Positions 1 through 13,400 of a stretch of 64,000 bases of DNA are shown here, piece after piece. The first letter of the stretch is position 1, and each line of letters starts with the position of its first letter. The position numbers and the translations under genes were made by a program. Origin of the DNA: Antedon mediterranea (taxonomy: Eukaryota > Animalia > Echinodermata). A model generated the notes under the pieces. It ran no database searches. It was not told the DNA's origin and saw only the letters and a program-made list of their open reading frames with translations. Location of the stretch: positions 574,422 to 638,421 of the forward strand of contig NC_092678.1 of assembly GCF_964355755.1 (NCBI RefSeq). The letters are read 5' to 3'.

Positions 1-607
1 CCATGAGTATGTATTATGCATGATGCTAATTAGGATTGTTTACAACTCATCACGGTTGAGAAGGTGGTTTCACACAGATCGCGAGGAAGTTTTATGATTA
101 TCCATACAGAGTAGCCAAACAAGCGCATTGCATTATGGGATATGTTTTGATTGAAAACTTTGACTGGAAGTCAAAGTTATTCTTTGAACAAAAAAACATC
201 TGTATTTCGGTTAAATTATTTTTTTTTGGACTAGTTTTTGGTGAAAGTTAATAACTATTATGATACTTCAAAATGACCCACTTTTTTTCGAAATAAAAAA
301 AAAAACTTTTTTTGGGAATTAGTCAAAGGGACAATACATCTTTAAATAAAGAAAATGTTGATGAATGTCACAGCACAAGACAAAAACGTACTGTATTATA
401 AACCCTTGTATTTTCATGGATCAGGTAGGGGTATATTGTAAAACAATGTTGTTGTTGTTTATCATCCCTTATTAAATTAATAATATAATCATATATTATG
501 TTCATCTATCTTATTATATTCATCACCATAATTAGTATAGTAGTGATCAACAAGTTGGCCTAGTCTCTACCTAGAGCCCTACTAAAATATTCTACACACT
601 TCCTTAC

Positions 608-975
608 CAATCAGCGCGCTTTAAGGAATCTATGGTTACATTTAGGGAAAGCAGAAATTTGACACTAGCCAGGCTGCTAGAGGCTGCGGCCTCGTGGAGA
701 GGTCGCTTCCCATCCAAATTCCCTGCCTCAAAATCGGCACCATGCTGGTTTAGTAGTTTCAAAACATCAATTTTACCATGCCTAGCCGCCGCATGAGCGA
801 GGCAATCACCAGATTTTGTACTAGAGATATTAATTAACGATTTCGCGTCTTCCTTTTCATCCAATATTGACTGAAATTCATCAAAAGTGTGATTACCAAA
901 AAGCAAAGATATCAAACGATCAACACTCAAATTTTTGTTTGTGAGTGCTGCCATATTGTTTATATCTATCATCAT
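608..975 (-). CDS. ANKRD16: Ankyrin repeat domain-containing protein 16, first coding exon (gene continues off the left edge)
   Basis: Ankyrin repeats GDCLAHAAARHG and GKRPLHEAA. The exon ends ...IDSLKRADW at a GTAAG donor (607), matching the ANKRD16-type 'DxLKxADW(TPL)' junction. The gene lies head-to-head with FBH1. Confidence 0.8.
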
Positions 976-1496
976 TCAAAATCACTCAACCATGACTTCA
1001 TAGGTAAAGCACGCGCCGAAACAAAAACATAAACACAGTGTTGTGGTGGTTTAATTTTCAGTAGGGTAGGTATTTCCTGAATGTGAATCCCCATATCCTA
1101 GGTTGAATATTAATGATTTTAGTAGATGATTATATTTGCCTTTTCCATTTGTTTACTAGTGTCACTTGCTAGGCTAAGCTCTATCTAGGCTAGGCCAACC
1201 AAGGTGAACCAAACTTGTCAGCAGTCACTGTGTCAGGGCAGATTGAAACTGGGTTTTTCCCAGGAAGGGATGTGGTATGCTGTGCTATTGTAGCCTGGAT
1301 CTAGGCCTAACTACTAGGCTGGGATAAACACGGGGCCAGTGACAGATCTCTGCCAATTTTTTTTTTTCAATAGTGTATTATTATTATTACTTTATTTTAC
1401 AACAAAAGTTTTATGTAAAACGTTATGTTAAATACCTATATCATTATCAGGTGACATAAAATTTTTTTTTTTTAAGTTTGCACTGTCATTTCAATA

Positions 1497-4400
1497 ATGG
1501 CAGATCAGAAGAAGAAAAAAATCCAAATGAACCATCAACAATGTGCTGAACATTCCGAAACAGCTGAGGGCACTCAACCTTTAAGGAACCCGCAGCTTGT
1601 AAAAAAGACCAGCATGGATATCAACAGAGGGTTATACCCTCGACCAAAAAGAACTAATGAAGATTCAAATGACCAATCACTTCAAAAGGGTAATGCTAAT
1701 TTTAGTCCTAAAAGAAAATTTATGGACGATGTCCCGTCGATGGCGAAACTAAAGATGAGTAGTCCGTCAACTTCTTTATTGCGCAATGACCTTGTATATG
1801 TACAACGTAACCGTGGAATTAAAAACAATGGAAGCTTGATAGACAATAGCCAACCCTCAACCAGTACTACTGTCCAATTAGAGGAGAATGAACACGTTTT
1901 AAAATCATGCGTTCAAAGGAATTTGAATGATCAGTATGGCGAGACAACAGAAGGAACGGAGTTTGATACGGACTCGTTGGAAGATGATGTCATGATCCGA
2001 GCAAGTCAGGAATTGGAGAAGCAATGTGGCGCCAGTTCAGCATCGATGGACATCAACATGCAAGCATTTGAAGACGATTCATTTCTTGACAGTTTGAACT
2101 CTGACCTCCTTGACAACATGGAGATGAACAGTGACCAACCTAATACGTTTGGTCTATTAGGTAAATTACCAAAAAGATTCAATTGTACTGATTTAATAAC
2201 TTTTTGCCACAAATACTGTACCATATTTTTATATTTTTTGCTCTTTAAGTTCATATGTTGCACAACATAGCCAACTTTAATTTTTTGTATTTTTTTATTT
2301 TGGTTTACTTGTTCAAGTTGAAAGTAGATTTTAAATTGATTAAAGTTAAAAGCAGTACTAATGTCAACAGTCAATGTCTGACAACTATTTAGTACTTTAG
2401 AAAACAAAGTTCTACCAATTAAACAAAATAGTCCCAAATACACAATATATTCTTCCCTCGAAAGTGAAAATACCTAATTGGTTTATTCAGGTAAGCTAGT
2501 CACATAATAGACTACTGTGATTATAATCTAATTTTAAATATACTACAGCACACATTAAAATACTGAGAATTTGAATTACTCTTTTTAGGCGATAGTAGTT
2601 GTGGTGTTGGCGTAGATGAAGAAGGCAATGATTGTCATGGCGTGGAAGAAGAGGACGGTACTTTTGGATACTTGACATACCTTCCTGATGAGATCCTAGA
2701 ACGCATCTTCTCATACTTGTCAATCAACGCATGTTGTAATATTTCCACAGTGTGTAAAAGATGGAGACGGATCATTTTAAGCCATAAGGTAAATAAACGG
2801 GTGTGATGAGCTCAAATATGGTAGTGATATGACATCATTATGTCCAAATATGGTAGTGATATGACATCATTATGTCCATATTATGGGCATATTACATTTT
2901 TCTGTCACATAAAGTTTCTGATAAGGGGAGTGGAACTCAATCCAAGATAAACCCTTTGATCTCCAGAGCTCATCATCCTGTTGTTAGATTTCCTTGGTGT
3001 GACTACTGGCATACCATATATGGTAGAAATATGACATATATGGGCACATCACATCAAGTTTGATAGTGTAGAGAGAGCTTTGTGTGTGTCTCGCTTTCTG
3101 TCATCGTACTCTTGATTTATCTTTTAAGTTTCTGCCGTGGAAGAAATTATATCAACGTTACAAGATGTCAGAAGAGTGTGGTGTTTTAGAAGTTGATAAA
3201 ATCTACACAACTCACTCATTTAGTGATGCTAAATCTTGCCTACTATCACTTATAAGGCAAGTTGAACATGTATTTTAAGCTCTGTCTATACTATTAAATT
3301 TTATGTGACAAAAAATGTGATGTTCCTATGGACATGATGATGTCATATCACTTTTGGGCACATCATTTTTGATAGTGTAGACTGAATATGTTTATACAAA
3401 CTTATGCTACCTAAAAGGAATCTATAACTAGTTTGGAGAGTCCAAATAAATATAATTTATTTTGTCCTCAGATATATGGCGACGTTTAAATCTATTAACT
3501 CATCATCTGTTAGCTTTATGAAACACCATCCTATGTTTGAATTATCATGTGACCTGCTTGCAGAAAGATCACCTGATCTCATTGTACAAGGGGTAAGTAA
3601 AAGAAGGGTCACATGATCAAAATTGGAATTACATTCAATTTTCATCTGGAAATTACAGTAAATTGGAGTAAAATTGTTTTTATTAAAAAATAATGGTAGT
3701 TAAACAAAACAGAACTAAATTTAAAGAGGATAAATTGATAACAATTATGGTTTCATTTCAAGGTACCAAATATATGGTCGCTGCTAACAACATTAGTAAT
3801 CCTGTCGCGAAGCACACATGATATATCGCAAGCAATTAAATACAGCTTGAATTCCGAGTATAAACACGTCGCCCTCATCGAGTGTTTTTATTGCATAGCA
3901 ACCATCCTTCTAATGTTACAGAAAAAGCACCAAATTAATTGTGGGTAAGTTTGTGTTGGCATACAATCAGTTACAGTAACTTTTTGAATAGCACTATATA
4001 AAGCTCTGTCTATACTATCAAACTTTATGTGACAAAATCACATTTTATTTTCACATAAAGTTTTATAGTGTAGACATAGCTTTATCAATAAATAACACTT
4101 AACAGCTCTATGGTTTGGCCATAGTCTCACAACTATTATCAATAAATAACACTTAACAGCTCTATGGTTTGGCCATAGTCTCACAACTATTAATAACACT
4201 TAACAGCTCTATGGTTTGGCCATAGTCTCACAACTATTAACACTTAACAGCTCTATGGTTTGGCCATAGTCTCACAACTATTAATAACACTTAACAGCTC
4301 TATGGTTTGGCCATAGTCTCACAACTATTATAGTCAAGCAATTGCATATGATCAGAACTATTATTGATCTAAAACAAACAAGTTATCAATCATTTATAAA

Positions 4401-7400
4401 TTGTAATTTTTTTCAGTCTTCACTACAGATTATACTATGCTTTGTATCATTATGAGATGGGTTGTTCTTTATCTTACTCCAGTAGTAGAATGGTTATTAA
4501 GGTGTTATCAGACAACAGGTATGCTAAAGCACTTGTGACCTAATAGGTGGCTAAAGAAATGATAATAATAAGTGCCTAATGCTAAAAAAGTTTCTAAGTG
4601 CTAACATTATTACCATGTATAGACAGCTCCCTTAATTATGCATCTATTAATAAGGGCACATGTGGAGAGAAGCAAAAGAACACAAGCAATGCAACATGTA
4701 CACTGCGCTGTATGGTTTTATAGTTTTTGTACAACAGCTATTCTACAAATCCTGTGGTTTCTTTGTTTTATTTTAGCAGTGAGATGCCAGCTAGTAAACA
4801 TGTCATGACCCAGGAACAGGTTGCAATAGTCAGTTACAAACTCAGACCAAATGAAATTGTCAAAATTATCGCCTTTGCAGGTAAAAATAAGCAAGGTTTG
4901 GTGATGATGAGGAATTGGTGGTCCCAATTCCTCTAATTTCACAGAATTTGAGCAATAAGCAAACCTAATGAACCAACTCTGTATACTAAGTCTACTCTAC
5001 TTCTAAGTGTGTATTTTAGGAACCTACTCTGTGTACTAAGTCTTTTCTACTTCTAAGTGTGTATTTTAGGAACATACTCTGTGTACTAAGTCTCTTCTAC
5101 TTCTAAGTGTGTATTTTAGGAACCTACTCTGTGTACTAAGTCTCCTCTACTTCTAAGTGTGTATTTTAGGAACCTACTCTGTATACTAAGTCTCCTCTAC
5201 TTCTAAGTGTGTATTTTAGGAACCTACTCTGTGTACTAAGTCTACTCTACTTCTAAGTGTGTATTTTAGGAACCTACTCTGTGTACTAAGTCTACTCTAC
5301 TTCTAAGTGTGTATTTTAGGAACCTACTCTGTGTACTAAGTCTACTCTACTTCTAAGTGTGTATTTTAGGAACCTACTCTGTATACTAAGTCTACATTTT
5401 TATCATTTTAGGGACAGGCAAGACATCAACACTAGTCCATTACACATTGCGCAATCCATCAATGAGATTTCTATATGTTGCTTTTAACAGGTTAGTATCT
5501 GATAATCATTGATTGATTGAAATTTATATTTATACTGGGTAACCTCTTCAGTCAAAGACTGGTCTCCCAGAGGGCCCAGTTGGTGATCAGTGACTTTGAT
5601 GTACTAATACACCGGGTAACCCCCTACTCGTCTCGAAAGATGTACTAGGTTCTTTAAAGTGCACACGAGTTAGATGTGTACACTGGACCTATTGGTTAAC
5701 AGTTAAATTTATTACCTACATATCTCAGATGATTTTAAACCAAATTTGGTACTGTATGTGCACAGCCACAAGGGCACGGCCACAAGGATTAGGGTACAGA
5801 ACGCGGACAGAGTAGCCCAAGACAGGTGAGGGTGGAGGATAGAAATACTAGGCCTCATTCTCAAAGAAGAAAAAAGGCTTGTTGCCAGAACAAATTCAAT
5901 ATGATTTTAAAATCATTTTTTGTTTTTCTACAGAGCAATTAAAGAACATGCAGTGACCCTCTTTCCTTCTTCTAATGTTGAATGTAAAACAACTCATTCA
6001 CTAGCTTATAGGGATGTTGGTAGCAGGTATAGTACAGTATGTTAGTTATTATGGAGTTGTGCCTTTATTCTGGATGAACAACTACAGTACACTACAGTAC
6101 ACTATCAAACTAGTTTGACAAAAAAGTGTGATGTGCCCAAATAAGGTAGTGATATGCCCAAATATGGTAGTGATATGCCCAAATATGGTAGTGATGTGCC
6201 CAAATATGGTACTGATAATATGCTTAAATATGGTAGTGATATGACATATATGGGCACATCACATTTTTTTGTCACATAAAGTTTGATAGTGTAGACAGAG
6301 CTTAAGATGTATAAATCATGCAAATGTGTTACCGTGAAAAATTATTAATCACAATTTCTATTTAAAAATATTAATGAAAGGCTTTTTTGTTACAAATCTA
6401 GAATTTCCCAAAATCCTAATTTTGAAAATACTATAAAAAGTAATTTTTGTTTATGTTTTAAGGTATCGCGACAAGCTATCTCCAAGCTGGAACATAAACA
6501 ACGTTGTGTCTGTATTACAACCTGAATATAAGAGTTACAATCACGTCAATCACCCATTGTATGTACGTGCTCAGATAATTATTAAGACGATCAAAGCCTT
6601 TGTAGCCTCCGTTGACAACAAAATATTGTTGGATCACGTGCCGCATTTTGAAAAAGAAGAAGGCGGTGGCAGAGGTACGAGAAGGCAAATCAATCCAGAG
6701 AGAAGGAAGGTAATTAGGACGATTTTTGACAAAAAAGTTGGCGTTGTCTTTACTACAAATTTTTCAATTTTCGATTCAATCTTTTATTTCGGAATCTCTG
6801 TTTCTTTAGACGCTGTACGGAGAGGCAAGAGACCTTTGGAGAAGAATGTGCAACCCAAGAGACAAGGAGGCTAGAATCACACATGACGGTGTGTAACAAT
6901 ACTTTGTATCATAACTATTTTATAAAAATTAAACATGAAATACAGTAACTTTAGGCTATGTTGCATTCATGCAATGAAAGGTGTAGAATATTTACCCTTA
7001 ATAAACGGATACAATTATTCATGTTCACAGTTTACCTGAAACTGTACCAACTATCCAAGCCTAAGCTTTACTATGACTGTATCTTGATTGACGAGGCACA
7101 AGACCTCACGCCAGGTACTGTACAATTTAAACTATAAATAATTGGCATACAGGTAGCCAAGTGGTTAAGACACTGTCATATGGAGAGGTCCGGGTTCAAC
7201 TCCCAGTCTACTCAGGTGTAAATGAGTACCTGGTTGAAAATACTAGAGATGAAAAGGCGGCGTGGAAAGGAAGAAAGACAAATGAAAGCCCATCTCTTTT
7301 GCATACAGTAGCATAAGAAATGGTGTAATTTCTACCTAGTTTGAGTTTTGTGGTCGTAGCGCTTTAGAGAAATTTATTTTGGTTAGATGCTATACAAAAG

Positions 7401-10400
7401 GCAAATATTATTATGACAGTCAGTGTCTGTCATAAAATAATGCTATAAATATAATATAGTAGTGATATCCCCAAATATAGTAGTGATATGACATCATCAT
7501 GTCCATATATGGTCACATAAAGTTTGATAGTGTAGACAGAGCTTTAATGATAATAATGCCTCATAATATAAACATCATTTATTATTTTTAGCCCAACAGG
7601 ACATCCTACTTTCTCAAGATTGCTCCAAGATTCTCGTTGGCGATCCTCACCAACAGATCTACAGTTTTAGAGGAGCAACAAATGCATTGCAGAACATTCC
7701 TGCAACCAAAGTGTTTCATTTAACTCAGGTATTTACATTATGCATTCATATCGTTTATGTGTCATGAGAGACATACAAGAATCATAGGACAACATGCACA
7801 AATACCACCAACTTACAGAACTGCCTTAAGGCTGTGTTTCCACTAGACCACCAACTTACAGAACTGCTGTTTCCACTAGAGACAAATTTATTTGCGCGAA
7901 TCTAAAGTGTTCACTTAATGCACATGTGTATTAATATTTCATCTACTTTTGTGAAGTGAAGAAATGCAACCAATCATAACTGATAATGTTCGATTTGTGC
8001 GGCTTAACCATTTATCTTTTGTTTCAATGTTTAGTTTGAGTATTCGGTAATTATATTCTAAATATTTAAATTGTATCACTGTATAGTCTTTCAGGTTTGG
8101 ACCTGAAATAGCTTATGTAGCAGACTGTCTTCTTCTACAAAATTCAAAAAGCAAAAAGAAAAAGAATGTAATCGGAATAGAAGCATCGGGTAAGAAGTTT
8201 TTTTCAGAATCAGAATTGTGTTGTTTGTAGTGACCTCTGACCTCCTTCCTCTCGTCAGGGAAGCTTCCCTTCCTCCCGTCTAAATTAGGCACAAAATTTG
8301 ACAAAACAATTCTATTTGCATGCGATTCTCACTAGCAATTATACTGTACTTTATATTTATAGTTACTATAATGTTTGCTTATTGCAGCGTAAATGTTGTT
8401 CTCTTTTTTTTATGGGAGGGGTGGGGGTTGGGGGGGGGGTTTGCATCACACTCACACGTGTTGGAAAAATTCAAGGTTTTGTATATCACCTTATAGGGTC
8501 AGTACTTGGTCAAGTGGTGGGGCAGATTGCGGTCATTTGTCGGACTAATCTTTGTCTATTTAACGAGCTTTGTAAGCTAACGGAACAAAATCAGAATGTC
8601 AGAATTGCTTTGGTTGGAGTAAGTTAACGTTTTTTCAAATCAATTTGTATTTTCATAGATAGAACAGTAACTATTAAAATACATGGTATTGTTGGAACTG
8701 TTATTAGTATATTCCATCAATTAAACATTAAACATTATTTTTAAATTTTTTTATTTATGTAGGGTGTTAAAAATTACCGTTTTGAGCAAATTCTAGATAT
8801 CCATAAACTACTTCTTCCAAAATCAGACAGGACCAAACGTAAGATACAGTATATTACTTATTTTATTTTCAATTTCAAAATGTTGAATTTTACCAAGATT
8901 TTGTATAACTTTTTGTTTTTTTATTTTCAGCTGGAAATGAAATAAATGACAAATTTATTAGTAAATTTTGCAACTTATCTCAACTGGAAAGATATGCTGA
9001 TAGTGTTGATGACTTAGAGTTACTGAACAGAATAGCAATTGTTAAAACGCATCACGCCAAAATACCAGAACATATTAAACGAATCAAGTCAAGAGTACAA
9101 GATGACCTTTCACTTGCAGGTCAGATACTAGCAATTGTTTTAACTTCTTTATTTCATATCTATAGTTGTTTATATTAGTATAAATTGTAAAACCAATTAA
9201 GGGTTTTTACAATGCAAATACGATCCACTACAATAGGATTTATCTGATAATTTTTGGGTAACAGTTTAATTTATTAACTTAGAGGATTTGAACAAATTTT
9301 GATATGTGCACAGCCACAAGGCCACAAGTGCACGGCCATAAGTGCACAGACACAAAATAACCCGCTTTAATATCCTAGCCCCTGATCAGATGAAATTGAG
9401 TTGTGTTAATAATGATCTTAATTTTATTCTCTTATCAGAAGTGGTGTTTTCAACAGCCCACAAGTCAAAGGGACTGGAGTTTGATTCAGTTAAATTAACC
9501 TGTGATTTTGTAGCCCAAGTTACCATGCAGATTGGATTTGATGGTAAGTTGTCTTAATTCAGTACTTACTGTACAATAAAAAGGCCCTTCCAATAATTGT
9601 GTTTTTACCCCGTCTGCGTGAAATCAAACCTGCAATGTTTGCAGCACTATTGCGTTGTCGGTTCCCAATTTTTAAGAGGAGTGTTGCAGCGCCCATGTGG
9701 CGGCTCTATATTGCTCTGTGCATAACAACTTCGTATCTGTTTGCAGATGGTTTTTTTCATCAAATAAGTTTTACTGGATGCTGGAATAGCAAATTGAGCA
9801 CCATATATTCACAAATTTCTTATGTGGAAATAATCGTATCTTGGAGTAAATCGCAGTTGTTTTTCTTGTTGTTTCCTGAAGTTCAGCTAGGCCCTGCTTG
9901 TGCCTTTATTGTTTTAATTCAAACTCATCACTGCCCAAGAACAATGGTTTGCTAGCATCAGTGGGAAGCTAGCCCTGTACTTTCAATCTGACTGTGCATA
10001 TTGTTATGTAAATGACCTTGTACACCTCATGCTTGAAGATCTGCTGTTTTCATGCTAATTAGCTATAGCTCTGAGTTTCTTCATGGTTTACAGGGCTGTG
10101 TAACCAACAACAATAACAGTTGTGAACTTCCTGAAGAATCTTGCTTAATTATACAATCTTTTAAGTTGAACTCTAGTAGCTGTAGTATCCACCTATTACC
10201 AAGGAGGCCAAAAAGAAAAACCAGGCGTGGTACAAGAGCTGGGCGTGACAAACACACTAAAAACAATCTATCATTTCCGGACTTATCATCAAACTCTCTC
10301 TTATCTAAAAACAATATTAAATTTTGCAGTATTAATACAAGATCCGTTCGGAACAAAACAACAGAATTTGTGGATTTCGTTATCGAACATAATCTGGATG

Positions 10401-13400
10401 TTGTTGCCCTTTCGGAAACGTGGCTTAAACCAGAAGACACATCAGTTATAGGAAATATTACACCCAACGGATACTCTCTCAAACATGCTCCCCGTGCTGG
10501 TACTAAAAGAGGTGGTGGAGTTGCACTTCTTTACAAGGAAAGCATAGCGGTTAAATGTTATGACACGGGATTATTACCAAAATCATTTGAACTGCTAAAT
10601 GTGGAAATAGTCAGCAATGCATCCTCAGTTTTCCTCGTAGCAGTATATCGTCCTCAAAGCAAATCAACGGGTTGCAGTCTAAATGTTTTCACTGAAGAAT
10701 TCTCAACTTTGGTTGATCACTATGTATTGAAGCCGGCTCCCATACTATTCGTTGGAGACTTTACCATCCATGTGGATATGCCAAATGATGCAGATGCAAT
10801 TCATTTTCGGAATCTACTTGTAGCAAGCAGTCTTCAACAGCATGTGTCTACACCTACACACCGACATGGTCATACATTAGACTTGCTGATCACTCGTTCA
10901 TCTGATCCTCCTGTTTTCTCAAACCTTAATGTCATTGATGGTATATCAGATCACTATGCAATCACATGTAATCTCCTTATCAAGAAGCCACCCGTAATCA
11001 CTAAATCCATCGAAACTCGTCATTGGAATGCTATAAATTTTGAGACATTATGTAAAGATATCACACAGTCTGATCTCGGAACTTCGCTCTCAAATCTTGA
11101 TTTATCAAGTAAAGTACGACTATATGTCACCACTTTGAGTGAACTTCTTGACAAACACGCACCACCGAAAAAGAGAACAGTAAAGGTCCGACCAAACACT
11201 AGTTGGTATAACAGTGACATCTATGCTGAGAAAAGAACAAAGCGTAAGCTTGAAAAGAAATGGAGAATCTCTCATCTGGAAATAGACCGTCAAGCTTACA
11301 TTGCACAGAAGAGGAATGTAAATTCCATGGTAAGAAAGGCAAAGGCCAACTACTACATTGGCTTGTGTGAAGAACATGCAGCAGATCAGAAAGGACTTTT
11401 TAAAATTGTTAACCAACTCCTTCATCATCGCCAGGTATCACCTCTCCCAGATAGTCTTTCTGACTTAGATCTTGCGAACAGGTTCTGTCAGTTTTTCACA
11501 GACAAGATCAAGATCATCAGAGACGACTTCAAGATTGATGACATGTCATTTAATGAGCCTGTGACAGCTGTTCATCAGCATCTCACAACATTTACACCAG
11601 CATCTCAAGATGAGATCCGCAACATTCTGATGAAATCACCAACAAAATCATGCAGGTTAGATCCAGTTCCTACTTCTATACTGAAGAAGTGTATAGACGC
11701 AGTCGTTCCAATAATAACGGAAATCATTAACCATTCCCTTAATACCGGCATAGTGCCAGATGAACTGAAAATTGCTCACGTTCGTCCTTTAATAAAAAAG
11801 CAAAACTTGGATCATAACACGCTGAAAAATTACCGCCCGGTGTCGAATCTTTCTTTTCTTGGAAAGACTCTGGAGCGTGTAGTGACATCACGCATTACTC
11901 CATATCTTCAAAAGCATAATTTAAACGAGAATTACCAGTCGGCATATCGTGCATGTCATAGCACGGAGAGTTCCCTTTTAAAGGTACAGAATGATTTGTT
12001 ACAAGGAATGAATGATGGGAAAATAACGCTATTGGTGTTGTTGGATTTGTCAGCAGCGTTTGATACAGTAGATCACCAAAGACTGATAACCCGTCTGAGA
12101 AATCGCATTGGCATAAATGGTGTTGCTCTTAACTGGTTCCAGTCATATCTTACAGGAAGACGTCAGCTAGTCTGTATCAATGATGCATTCTCAGATGAAG
12201 CTTGCCTGGAATATGGTGTACCACAGGGGTCAGTAATTGGGCCTGGCCAGTTTTCCATTTATACGCTTCCCCTTGGTGACATTATTCGCAAACACAGTCT
12301 ACATTTCCATTTCTATGCTGATGATACACAGATTTATGTGTCAGTAAATCCAGTGAAAAGGGATGTTGCTGCAGCAATCAGTAAGATGGAAGCCTGTATA
12401 GAAGATGTTCGCAATTGGATGACAACAAATTACCTAAAGTTGAATGATGGAAAGACAGAGTTTATTATCGTCGGGTCTAAATGTAACATCTCCAAAATCA
12501 ACATCACACATATCAGAATCGGAAACTCTAACATCGCTCCCTCATCGGTGGTCCGGAATCTGGGAATCATGCTGGATAGTAATCTCACTATGGAAGCACA
12601 AATAACAACTGTATCCAAAGCAGCATGCATATCGATTAGGAACCTTGGTCGTATTCGCGGTAATCTTAACAAGAAAACAGCTGAATTGATTGTACACTCA
12701 TTTGTCACTTCTAAAATTGACATTGGTAATGCCTTGTTGTTTGGCATACCAAAATCTCAAATACAACGTTTGCAGCGCTTGCAAAATATGGCAGCTAGAA
12801 TTGTAACTTATACAAAATCAAACGCTCACATAACTCCTGTCCTGATGGATTTGCATTGGTTGCCTGTTCAACAACGTATTAAGTACAAACTTGCGTTGTT
12901 TGTATTCAAGATCCTAAATGACAGTGCTCCTGCTTATTTATCTGACCTTGTGGATCGTTACGAATCATCCCGCAGAGGCCTACGATCATTGTCACAAAAC
13001 CTTCTTCAAGAGCGTAGAGCGAAAAATCAGTGGGGTCAGAGATCTTTTTACGTTGCGGCCGCAAGTGTATGGAACAGCTTACCAGCAACAGTTAAATGCT
13101 CAACTAGTCTAAACAGTTTCAAGACAAACCTAAAGACGTCGCTATTCGCTGATGTTCTCGCACGTTGTTAATGCACAAAGCGCCATGAGCGCCACATGGG
13201 TGGAGGATACCGGCGCTATATAAGTTTTCATTTATTATTATTATTACTTGTGATTACGCAATACAGCACTTTGCGTCGATAAGTCGCTGCATTGCGTTCT
13301 AGTGGAAACCAGGCTGAAGACAAATAAAAGGCTAAAAGCACTAATAAGTAAAGGTTTGCAGTAAATACCAAACAATGTCAATAACATAAAATTCTACACA

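Noticed and set aside
1-345. Possible end of a TTAA-flanked (Kolobok-like) non-autonomous transposon
   Set aside because: Only one putative terminus (gggacaatacatctttaa) is in the window, so TIR and TSD cannot be verified.
9695-10052. Read-through fusion of the uORF with LINE ORF2 (same frame)
   Set aside because: Four in-frame stops separate them.
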